Part shown: positions 7,415 through 15,898 of the stretch, in pieces
Position numbering within the stretch: position 1 is the first letter of the stretch
How the letters are laid out: each line of letters begins with the position of its first letter
Source: an uncultured Thermococci archaeon
Lineage (GTDB): Archaea > CAYQAE01 > CAYVLA01
DNA length: 37,187 nucleotides
Reading direction: 5' to 3'
Assembly (NCBI GenBank): GCA_964549615.1
Contig: CAZJVP010000032.1
Coordinates: 1-37,187 of the forward strand
Notes under the pieces: generated by a model
What the model was told of the DNA's origin: nothing
Databases searched by the model: none
The model's input: the letters and a program-made list of their open reading frames with translations, nothing else
Made by a program: the position numbers and the translations under genes

Positions 7415-10372
7415 ATGATCAAGAGACTAAGCCTCAGAAACTTCATGTCATATGCGAGCGCCGACATACCGTTATCCCCGGGAGTCAACTTCGTCTGCGG
7501 GCCGAACGGGTCAGGGAAGTCGAGCATCCTGATCGCCATCTCCCTGGCCCTCGGGCTTTCCCGCACCGAGCGGGGAAGGAAGCTTTCGGACCTGATCAGA
7601 TGGGGCAGCGACAGGGCTCTCATCCGCCTGGTCCTCGACAACAGCCCCGTGGACGGCGTTCGACCTTGGCCCGAGTTCGACACGGATGAACTGGAGATCG
7701 AGAGGTCGCTGACGAAATCCGGGTCCTATCCCTTGAAGATCGACGGGCTGCCCTCCACCAAGGAGGAACTAACCGCGCTCATCAGGCGGCAGGGGATCAA
7801 CCCTGACAACATGCTGATAATCATGCAGCAGGACATGGTGGAGGAGTTCAGCCTCTTATCGCCGACCCAGAAACTCGAGATGCTGGAGGAGGTCATCGAG
7901 TTCGAATCCTACAGAAAAGACCTGCTCCAGGCGAGAGAGGAGCTCGGAGCGCTTCTCGAGGAGGAGCAGCAGACCCGCAAAATCCTCGAGGGCCAGAGCC
8001 GCAGGGTTACTGAGTGGGAGAGGCTGTACGAGAGGTACCAGAGAAAGCGCAAGCTCGAGGACGAGCTTGAAGATCTCACTGCCGAATCGCTTTGGGCAAG
8101 GGTGGTTGAAGCGGAGAGGCAGCTGCAACAGCTCGAGTTGCGCAAGGCGGAACGCGAACAGGAGCTCCAGCGCCTCGCCAAGAGGGTCGAGGATCTGGAT
8201 GGCAGGATCAAGGAGAGGCTGGTCCGGGTTGAGGAGTCTTGGGCCGACCTTGAAGCATCCAAAAGGTCGCTGGTGCAGGTCGCAAGCGCCCAAGCGGCCG
8301 CAGCTTCAAAGGTTGAGATACTGGGGCGCCTGAAGGAGGACGAGGTGGCCGAGGTTGAGCGCCTCAGGCACTCCATGGCCCGCGATCGCGCGGAGGCGGA
8401 GTCGGCCGCCGCGAAACTGGACCGCCTGAGGGCCGGAGCCGAGCAGGGCGTTGGCGAGGTGGAGTCGCTGGAGAGGCGTCTGCAGCAACTGAGGAGCGAG
8501 ATCTCCAGCCTAGCTGAGTCCCGAAAGGTGGAGGAGCTTCAGTCGGAGCTGGGTTCGAAGAATTGCAAGATCAGCGAGCTTGAGAGGCAGATTTCCTCGT
8601 TGAAGGAACGGCTGGCAAGTCCCTTCGGCCGCGACCTGGAGACGGCGGCTGAAGCCGTCAAGTCGATCCCGGGCCTTGCGGGCGAAGTTTACGGGCCGCT
8701 ATACATGTGCGTTGAGAGCGAGGATTTCTCGCCCGACGTCCTCAGATCCCTTCTGGGCGACTCGCTGCTGCGCTCATTCGTAACCACGAACGAGAACGAT
8801 GCGGCAAAGGTGGCCGAGCTCCTGAAGGAGAGGGGCCTGGATTCGCAGGTCTTCACGGTCCCCGACTCGGCGTTGGTCCTGCTGGAAGAGAAGGAGCTCC
8901 CCGAGGAGGAAGGCGTCCTGGACTGGGCCGTCAACCGGATCAGGGCCCCAAAGCACGTTGAGGCCCTTCTTCACACCGTGCTGGGGGGGACGGTGCTCGC
9001 CGCACCCGGGCATTCGCTCCAGCAACTAGCCAGGTCGCTTCAGACGACCGTGGTCAACAGGGATGGCGAGCGGGCCGGGTTCGTGCGCGGGCTAATCGTT
9101 CAGGTCGGAACCAAGGTCCGGGCGGAGGCGAGGGAGCTGGAGGCGGAACTTGCCGAAGCGACGCAGGCGTACCAGAGGGTCCAGAGCGAGGTCGCCGACC
9201 TCTCGAGGCAGTTGGAGGCAGCGCGGGCCGATAGGGACAGGACATTGGGCTTTAGGTTGCAGGAGATGCTTTCTCTCCATTCAAGGATCGAACTCATCAG
9301 GTCAAGGGCGGTCCCGCAGGAGGCGGTTCTGCAGCGTGAGGCCGAAAGGCTTTTGACGAGGTCACAGGCCCTCGCGGAGTTGAAGGAGAGGATGTTGGAG
9401 GAGCGGGATAGGAAGTTGAAACAGGTCGAGAGGGATCTTTCCTCCGCTGCCAAGGCCGCCTCCTCGGCGGATGCCGAGCTTTCGAAGGCCGAACTTAGGT
9501 ACCAGAGGGCAAGAGAACGCCTCGAGCGGCAGCTTCAGGGCTACTACGAGTTGCAGGGCAAGAGGATGGTGCTGCTTGACCAGATGAGCTCGATGAGGGC
9601 CGCCCTGCGCGACATCGAGCATCGGATCTCGGGCAAAAGGGAGGAGACGCAGAGACTGGTGGATCAGGCGGAGGATCTTTCGCCGCGAATCCCTTCCCCC
9701 AGGGATCTGTTGGAGCTTGAGAGGCTGATCAGCAACATACGCGGGTCGTTGGCTGAGCTGAGCGACGTTCCCGACGACATCGAGGGGGTCTACAAGAAGT
9801 ACCTGGGCGAGTACGACGCCCTCAGGACGAGCCTGCAGTCGATCATAGAGAAAAAGGAGGAGATGCAGGCCGAGCTGAGGAAGGGGCTTGAGAGATGGCG
9901 CGAGATAATGGCTCGCCACCTGGAGGAGGTCAACAGGGACTTCAACGAGATACTTGCGGAGATCGGCGCCAGGGGCAGGGTTTCCCTGACGGATGGGGAT
10001 GTTCGCAGCGTAGGCTTGGACATCGAGGTCGGATTCGCCGGGAAGGAGCTAACCTCGATCAGCACGCTCTCCCAGAGCGGGGGAGAGAAGAGCCTCTCGA
10101 CCATGTCATTTCTCCTTGCTCTGCAACGTCAGGTCAAGTCCCCCTTCAGGGCCGTTGACGAGTACGACGTGCATCTGGATCCGATGAACAAGGACTTGGT
10201 TACCCGTCTGCTCAGATCGGCGGTGAGGCGCGGCGGGGGCAAGCAGTACATCGCCATAACGCCATCCCAGATTCCCAGGAAGGATCTGGAGGGGGCCGAG
10301 AACGTGGTGGTGGTGCAGAGCGTCGAGGGAAAAAGCAAGGTAGGCAGCCTCGTGCTGGAGGCGCCCGCATGA
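7415..10372 (+). CDS. SMC-family ATPase of SMC5/6-related (coalescin/archaeal SMC-like) type, 985 aa
   Basis: LRNFMSY, Walker A GPNGSGKS, Q-loop IMQQD, long coiled coils flanking a hinge (GEVYGPL...), signature QSGGEKS, Walker B/D-loop FRAVDEYDVHLD, QYIAITP. Confidence 0.9.
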   Translation: MIKRLSLRNFMSYASADIPLSPGVNFVCGPNGSGKSSILIAISLALGLSRTERGRKLSDLIRWGSDRALIRLVLDNSPVDGVRPWPEFDTDELEIERSLTKSGSYPLKIDGLPSTKEELTALIRRQGINPDNMLIIMQQDMVEEFSLLSPTQKLEMLEEVIEFESYRKDLLQAREELGALLEEEQQTRKILEGQSRRVTEWERLYERYQRKRKLEDELEDLTAESLWARVVEAERQLQQLELRKAEREQELQRLAKRVEDLDGRIKERLVRVEESWADLEASKRSLVQVASAQAAAASKVEILGRLKEDEVAEVERLRHSMARDRAEAESAAAKLDRLRAGAEQGVGEVESLERRLQQLRSEISSLAESRKVEELQSELGSKNCKISELERQISSLKERLASPFGRDLETAAEAVKSIPGLAGEVYGPLYMCVESEDFSPDVLRSLLGDSLLRSFVTTNENDAAKVAELLKERGLDSQVFTVPDSALVLLEEKELPEEEGVLDWAVNRIRAPKHVEALLHTVLGGTVLAAPGHSLQQLARSLQTTVVNRDGERAGFVRGLIVQVGTKVRAEARELEAELAEATQAYQRVQSEVADLSRQLEAARADRDRTLGFRLQEMLSLHSRIELIRSRAVPQEAVLQREAERLLTRSQALAELKERMLEERDRKLKQVERDLSSAAKAASSADAELSKAELRYQRARERLERQLQGYYELQGKRMVLLDQMSSMRAALRDIEHRISGKREETQRLVDQAEDLSPRIPSPRDLLELERLISNIRGSLAELSDVPDDIEGVYKKYLGEYDALRTSLQSIIEKKEEMQAELRKGLERWREIMARHLEEVNRDFNEILAEIGARGRVSLTDGDVRSVGLDIEVGFAGKELTSISTLSQSGGEKSLSTMSFLLALQRQVKSPFRAVDEYDVHLDPMNKDLVTRLLRSAVRRGGGKQYIAITPSQIPRKDLEGAENVVVVQSVEGKSKVGSLVLEAPA

Positions 10373-11133
10373 CGGAGCAGGCCGACGCCCTGAGGCGGGG
10401 AATCGAAACCTGCAAGAGGGCGCTGAGCGGCGAGCTTCTTCCGCACCAGGTGAACGCCTGGGAGCTTTGGCGCGCGCTTTCCGAGGCCTCGGACAGGCTT
10501 TCGGGACCAGAGGAGTACCTGCTCTACGCGACGCTTCTGAGGCTTATCGTTGGAGTTGCTCGCCTGCAGTGCCGTTGGCTGCGATACGAGGCGGACGAGC
10601 TGTTCATCGACGCGGATATGGCCAGGGAGAAGATACATTCGCTTTCCCTAAGGACCCTTCGGTCGATCTTTGCCAAGAGCTTCCACCCCCTGGTCGAGAT
10701 GGAGCGGATGACGCTGAAGGCTTTGGATGCGGGGAGGAAGCACTGGGAGGAACTGTCCGGCAGGCCTTTCCAGGAGTTCGCCGCCCCGGAAGCGTTCGCG
10801 ACCTACGGGAGGGGGTCCGAGGTGGAATTGCAGGTGGTTACCGAGGTGAGGTTCGAGGAGCTCTTGGACGAGATGATGCAGGAGTTCCTGTCCATGGGCG
10901 GAGGTTCGGACCTCCCGTACGAAGCCTTCATCTCAAAACGAGGATCGGCGAGTTTCCCCGAAATGGTGACGAGGAGCTATCTGGCGAGCTTCCTCGTGTC
11001 GCAGCGCAGGCTGAGCCTGAGGGGAGAAGGCAGGGCGCTGGTGCTATCGGGAGCCACTGCCGAGCCCGGTGCCACGCAGAGCGTCGCGGTCATCCTGAGG
11101 CAGAGGAGGCAAGGCGCGCATGCTGACCGATGA
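10369..11133 (+). CDS. Divergent kleisin (ScpA/Nse4-like) subunit
   Basis: ATGA overlap with the SMC stop; GELLPHQVN resembles ScpA GEIDPWDID; C-terminal VTRSYLASFLVSQRRLSL resembles the kleisin winged helix. Confidence 0.62.
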   Translation: MTEQADALRRGIETCKRALSGELLPHQVNAWELWRALSEASDRLSGPEEYLLYATLLRLIVGVARLQCRWLRYEADELFIDADMAREKIHSLSLRTLRSIFAKSFHPLVEMERMTLKALDAGRKHWEELSGRPFQEFAAPEAFATYGRGSEVELQVVTEVRFEELLDEMMQEFLSMGGGSDLPYEAFISKRGSASFPEMVTRSYLASFLVSQRRLSLRGEGRALVLSGATAEPGATQSVAVILRQRRQGAHADR

Positions 11134-11659
11134 CGAGCTCTCGGCACTGAGGCTATTGCTCTTCCGGCGCGGGATGCGGCCTGGGGCTAGCCTTGAGGAG
11201 CTCGAGAAGGTCTGCACCGAGCCTGTGGAGAAGGTCCTTGCGGGGCTCAACGAGAAGGTCGGGGATCTTGGGCTTGAGATAGTGACCATCGAGGAGTCCG
11301 ACGAGTTTCTCTCGGAAGGCAGGAGGCGAGCTTTCATAAGGTCGAAGGCCCCGCTGCACCGGGAGGAGCTCAAGCTCTGCGGCTGGGATAGGAGATCCCT
11401 TGCGGCGCTCGCGGTCGCCGCGAGCTATCTCGTGAGCCGCGGCGGAAGGGCGAAGGAGATCGAGCTCGTCAACGTCCTCAAGTCCAAGAACATCTCGGCT
11501 CGAAGGATAGACAGGATGGTGGAGGCTGGTTACCTGGCCCGGACGGAGGGCATGATCAGCCTGTCTTGGAGGTCGCTGGCTGAGATCGACCAGGATGAGC
11601 TGAAGCGCCTCTTCCTAGCCGCGAAGCCCCGGACCAAGCCTGCCAAGGAGCCGGGCTAG
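11120..11659 (+). CDS. Kite-like tandem winged-helix subunit (ScpB/Nse1/Nse3-like)
   Basis: Overlaps the kleisin stop; two wHTH-sized halves (LNEKVGDLGLEIV; IDRMVEAGYLAR); position in the SMC operon. Confidence 0.6.
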   Translation: MLTDDELSALRLLLFRRGMRPGASLEELEKVCTEPVEKVLAGLNEKVGDLGLEIVTIEESDEFLSEGRRRAFIRSKAPLHREELKLCGWDRRSLAALAVAASYLVSRGGRAKEIELVNVLKSKNISARRIDRMVEAGYLARTEGMISLSWRSLAEIDQDELKRLFLAAKPRTKPAKEPG

Positions 11660-12753
11660 GTCCATCGCATCGCGGATATCCAGTCGTAAAAGGCCATCCT
11701 CTCCTTCTCGTCCATGTACGCAAGGAAAAGGAACTTGCTTTCTTCCGGGAAAACGTCTATCTTCCTTCCCCCGAAGACGAACCTGACCTTGTGCAGCCTG
11801 CCGATCTTGGAGAGGTCCAGGCCGGCGCTTGAAAGCGAGCGGAGGGTGAGGAGCACGTCGTCTCCGAGCAGCGACATCTTCTGCGGGCGGCCCTGAAGGT
11901 CGATATTGGTGAAATCCACGTAGGATACGCCGACGGGGCCCGAGCCCGCGGCATCCGATTTCCACGCTGGATCCGAGATGCTTGAGAGGATGTTCTCCGT
12001 GGAGATCGTCCAGACGTCGAAAGCCTCGTCGCTGCCCGCGATGAAGCGCGAAAGCGTTGAGAGGGTCCTCGCCTCCCTGTTGGGGTCCGGCGTGCCTATC
12101 TCAAGGGTCTTGGATGGTGGGTGCAGGACCGCAATGACCCGTTTCACCAAGGTGTCCCAGTGCCGGCCCTCCATTTCCTCCGCATACCTGATCTTGTCCA
12201 CATACTTGATGAAGATGAGGTAGGATTCTCCCCTGAGCAACACCCTCTCCAGCGTGGCAACTTTTGCGGTGAAGCTCAGGCGCGTCTCGACCGCGCCCCG
12301 CAGATCCTCGAAGGCCGCGGAATCCTGGTCGAGGAGCCCCTCGAGGTCGGCCTCGATTCTGCCCTTCGAGAGGACGTACCTCCTGAACGTCTTCGCCCTC
12401 TCCTGGGCCATCAAGAGTTGGGCATCCCAGAGGATCTGTCTCGTCCTGTCCTCCATCAGGGAGAGAACGAGTTCCTGCCGGGTTGCGCCCTGCTTGGGGA
12501 GCCGCTCCAGGTCGGCTGCCCTCTCCAAGATGAGATCCTCCGAGACGTTCCTCCCGATTTCGGCGGCCTCGCTGAGCTCGCGCGCCACATCCTTCGCCTT
12601 GTTGATTATGAGCTCCACGAAGTCCTCCTTCGGCGTGTCAGGTGGGTAGGAAATTCCCCTCGATGCGGCGAACTTTATTAGGGCATCGAGCGGATAGGAC
12701 ATTATCCTGGACTTCATGAACGACTCGGGGATCTTGTCGGTTCTTTCATCCAT
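11656..12753 (-). CDS. Hypothetical protein (365 aa) with N-terminal HeH/LEM/SAP-like helix-extension-helix motif(s)
   Basis: Long ORF with ATG and upstream TATA-like TTATA (12783-12787); YPLDALIKFAASRGISYPPDTPKEDFVELI motif. Confidence 0.7.
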   Translation of the reverse strand: MDERTDKIPESFMKSRIMSYPLDALIKFAASRGISYPPDTPKEDFVELIINKAKDVARELSEAAEIGRNVSEDLILERAADLERLPKQGATRQELVLSLMEDRTRQILWDAQLLMAQERAKTFRRYVLSKGRIEADLEGLLDQDSAAFEDLRGAVETRLSFTAKVATLERVLLRGESYLIFIKYVDKIRYAEEMEGRHWDTLVKRVIAVLHPPSKTLEIGTPDPNREARTLSTLSRFIAGSDEAFDVWTISTENILSSISDPAWKSDAAGSGPVGVSYVDFTNIDLQGRPQKMSLLGDDVLLTLRSLSSAGLDLSKIGRLHKVRFVFGGRKIDVFPEESKFLFLAYMDEKERMAFYDWISAMRWT

Positions 12754-12813
12754 GGCAGCGGAATATCCGGAAGCGCGACCACTATAATCTTTTCGCTGGC
12801 GTGAGGTGGTGGG

Positions 12814-13575
12814 TTGGCTTACGTCATTCTCGGGCTCACGACCACGCTCGCCAGGTCTGGAACGGAGGCGGGCAGGATGATCTTGCAGGGCGGCTACGAC
12901 GGACTCCTCCTGGATTTTCCCCAGGAACTGGAGGGGACCGTTGACTCTCTCAGGAGCGGCGCGCCCTTGGAGGCGGCCGAGGAGGCCGTCGATCAGCTGC
13001 TGGGAGGATACTCCAAGAGCTGGCTGTACAGGAACCGCCCCGTGCTTGAGTCTCTCCGAGACATGCCCGAGGCTGAGGTGGTGTGCACCGGCCGGCTTGA
13101 GGAGGAGGGCAGGATGATGGAGGACCGCATGTCATTAGCCCTGCTGGAGTACAGGACGATGGTCGGCCGGGTCGTTGTTTCGCGGTGGCGAGAGGCCTTG
13201 AGGAAGGCTTCCCGCAATCTGCATGAGTCCGTCGTGGCGCAGGGCAGGAGGATTCTTAAAGCCATAAGGGAGGGAGGCAGGTGGCTGTGCATCGCGGGCG
13301 TCTATGCCAGAAGGCTGGAGCAGACCTTGCGCTCCCACGGACATCCGAGCGCGGCCGTCCTCCTCGGAAGACCCTACCTCGGGACTCCCCTGGAGGCGCT
13401 CTCTGCCGAGCTCGCCGAGGGAGATCCGTCCGATGAGAGAGTGCGATACCTCGTGGAACTCCACCTGGATTTCCTGCGGAACTACGTGATGGTCTCGCCC
13501 GCTCTGGACGAGGCATACGACTCTTGGCTGGAGAACGGGGAGTGGGCCAAGCTCTACCACTATGGCTCGAGGTAG
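12814..13575 (+). CDS. Hypothetical protein (253 aa)
   Basis: TTG start after a GAGGTG RBS, divergent from the previous gene; alpha/beta pattern with no confident family. Confidence 0.7.
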   Translation: MAYVILGLTTTLARSGTEAGRMILQGGYDGLLLDFPQELEGTVDSLRSGAPLEAAEEAVDQLLGGYSKSWLYRNRPVLESLRDMPEAEVVCTGRLEEEGRMMEDRMSLALLEYRTMVGRVVVSRWREALRKASRNLHESVVAQGRRILKAIREGGRWLCIAGVYARRLEQTLRSHGHPSAAVLLGRPYLGTPLEALSAELAEGDPSDERVRYLVELHLDFLRNYVMVSPALDEAYDSWLENGEWAKLYHYGSR

Positions 13576-14570
13576 GGAAAGGAACGCCTTTTCCTCCCTC
13601 GAAGGACCTGTGATGAACTGTCCGAGACGGTCGCAACCAGCAACGGCAGTGCGATCGTGGCGTCCGCGTGGACGGTCGCCATCCTCGCCCGCGGGGACAC
13701 CTTGCCCCACGAGATGGACTCCTCGAGCGTGCAACCCGAGAGTCCTCCCCACTGGGGCGAATCGGTTGTGACCTGGACTGCATACTTGTGGCCCCCCTTG
13801 TCGTCTCCGAGCAGCTTGGCCATCACCTGGGTCTGCTGGATGTAGTTCTTGGGGGTTCCTCCACCGATGTAGATCACCCCCGTGCTCTCGCTCTGGCGGA
13901 CGATCCGGGTGATCTCGTCGATGTCCGCGACGACGTCAATCTGGGGGCATCCCCCGTAGCGCTCCCTGGCCAAGAGAAGGCTCATTCCCAGCGAGCTATC
14001 CGCGATGGCGGGGCAGAAGACCGGGATGCCAGCTTTCGCTGCCGTGCCTACCAGGCCCTCTCGCTTGAACCGGGGAAGAAGGGACTTTCCGAGGCGGCTT
14101 ACGTACTGCCTCGTGGTGAGCCGGCAGGTCCCGATGGCAGCCGATGCCTCCGCGATGATTGCGTCTGTCTGCTCGAACGCCTCCTCGCTAGCGAAGACGT
14201 CGTATATCCTGTCGATCATCTTCCTCCCCAGGGCCCGGTCATCGGCGATGAAGTCTCCCTGCCAGTGCGATCCTCCGAGGGACTCGTGGATGTCGTGGTA
14301 AAGATTCGCTCCCGTGGAGACCACGACGTCGACCATCTTCTTGCCGAGGAGCGTGCACATGAGCCTTCTCATCCCGGCGGGGATCATTGCCCCGGCGAGA
14401 CCGAGAAAGATCGTTGTGCCCTCATCCGAGAGCATGTTTGACCATACGCTGGCGGCGTTACCCAAGCTTCTGGCCTGGAACGCAGTGCCCTTCATCTGGC
14501 CCAGCATGTCCGCTACGGTCATCCGAGGTTTGACTTTGATCCCTTCCACTGGGCGATGTTCCCCTTCCAT
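13560..14570 (-). CDS. dys: Deoxyhypusine synthase
   Basis: FLGLAGAMIPAG, STGANLYHD, DRIYD, PAIADSSLG, IGGGTPKN, GGLSGCTLEESISWGK (catalytic Lys present); start moved to ATG 14570. Confidence 0.92.
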   Translation of the reverse strand: MEGEHRPVEGIKVKPRMTVADMLGQMKGTAFQARSLGNAASVWSNMLSDEGTTIFLGLAGAMIPAGMRRLMCTLLGKKMVDVVVSTGANLYHDIHESLGGSHWQGDFIADDRALGRKMIDRIYDVFASEEAFEQTDAIIAEASAAIGTCRLTTRQYVSRLGKSLLPRFKREGLVGTAAKAGIPVFCPAIADSSLGMSLLLARERYGGCPQIDVVADIDEITRIVRQSESTGVIYIGGGTPKNYIQQTQVMAKLLGDDKGGHKYAVQVTTDSPQWGGLSGCTLEESISWGKVSPRARMATVHADATIALPLLVATVSDSSSQVLRGRKRRSFPYLEP

Positions 14571-14752
14571 GGAGTTGCCGGCCCCTCGCAGGTTCTTAAC
14601 TCCTTCGATCGGGTCGGAGCGGCAAGGTAGCTTCCCGGGCTGCGCAGGTGAAGGCCAAGACGATCGCCCCTCGGCGACGCAAGCAAGTCCCCAGACCAAG
14701 AAACAGCCTGGGGGTCCAATCAAGTCTTTAAGTCCACGGCTAGAGATCCTGG

Positions 14753-15898
14753 ATGGGGCAGAGATTGCAGAGAACGGGAACGATGGACCTGCCGCTCCAC
14801 GGAGGCGCTGCGCCGCAATGGTTGGTGCAGCGGATGAAGAAGCTGGGCAAGGCCATATCGGATGTCATCGTTGACCAGTACGGGCAGAAGGAGTTGCTTC
14901 TAAGGCTTTCGAACCCGGACTGGTTCCAGGCGCTGAGCTGCGTGCTGGCCTTCGACTGGCACAGTTCGGGTACCACGACGGTCTTGTGTGGCGTGTTGAA
15001 GGAGGTGCTGGATGCGCAGGAGCATGGCGTGGCGGCGGTTGGAGGGAAAGGGATTCGTTCCAGGCAAGCTGTGCAGGAGATTCCTGAGGTCGGTGAAGCA
15101 CTTTCCCTCCACCCATCGAAGGTCGAGGCCTTGGTCAGGGCGAGCAGGCTCTCCGCCAAGGTCGACACGGCCCTTCTTCAGGATGGCTTCAGTCTCTATC
15201 ACCACACCATGTTCATATCCGAGGGCGGCCACTGGGCGGTAGTCCAACAGGGCATGCGCCCCGAATCCCGGACCGCAAGGCGGTATCACTGGTTGTCCTG
15301 GGGCTTTGAGACCTTCGTCGAGGAGCCGCACTCTGGGATCGCGTGCGACGAGAGGATGGAGCGCGTGCTGAACCTGACGTCCTCGGCAAGCAGGGGCTGC
15401 AGGGAAAAGAGCCTGGACCTCGCCCTGCAGGGCCCCGGGCAGCTCCAAGACGATTTGGCGAAGGTCAGACTTGGTCCCCAGAAGACTCTCATGGAGTACG
15501 TCGGCCATGTCGCCACGGCGCGAAGCGCGCTCCCCTGCAAGATCGACTGGGAGGCCATGAAGAGAGTTTATGATTTCAGTCCGAAGAACTACGAGGATTT
15601 CATCCTCGTCCGGGGCATCGGGCCATCGACGGTGAGGGCCCTTGCCCTGATCTCTGATCTGATCTACGGCCAATCCCCTGACTGGAAGGATCCTGTCAAG
15701 TACTCCTACTGTCTAGGCGGCAAGGACGGGGTACCTTATCCCGTCGACAGGGCGTCCTACGACGAAAGCATCGAGGTGCTCACAAACGCAATCAAGGAGG
15801 CCAAGCTGGGCAGCAACGAGAAGATGGACGCTTTGCGGCGACTTAACAGGCTGATCCCGCCCGAGGTTCGCAGGGGCGAGCTTACATGGCTGAGGTAG
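14753..15898 (+). CDS. DUF763 family protein
   Basis: TG.DLPLHGG, DWHSSGTTT, AKVDTALLQDGF.LYHH, VVQQGM, ARRYHW, GGKDGVPYPVD; alternative TTG start at 14765. Confidence 0.88.
   Translation: MGQRLQRTGTMDLPLHGGAAPQWLVQRMKKLGKAISDVIVDQYGQKELLLRLSNPDWFQALSCVLAFDWHSSGTTTVLCGVLKEVLDAQEHGVAAVGGKGIRSRQAVQEIPEVGEALSLHPSKVEALVRASRLSAKVDTALLQDGFSLYHHTMFISEGGHWAVVQQGMRPESRTARRYHWLSWGFETFVEEPHSGIACDERMERVLNLTSSASRGCREKSLDLALQGPGQLQDDLAKVRLGPQKTLMEYVGHVATARSALPCKIDWEAMKRVYDFSPKNYEDFILVRGIGPSTVRALALISDLIYGQSPDWKDPVKYSYCLGGKDGVPYPVDRASYDESIEVLTNAIKEAKLGSNEKMDALRRLNRLIPPEVRRGELTWLR

Noticed and set aside
7415-11659. Wadjet (JetABCD), Rad50/Mre11 or canonical Smc-ScpAB call
   Set aside because: No Toprim JetD or Mre11 nuclease is adjacent, there is no central CxxC hook, and the head motifs are SMC5/6-like
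14571-14723. ORF-track N-terminal extensions of dys (likewise thermosome, cupin, 2456-3352 and 33285-34625)
   Set aside because: The extensions cross promoters or neighbouring genes; downstream starts match family N-termini
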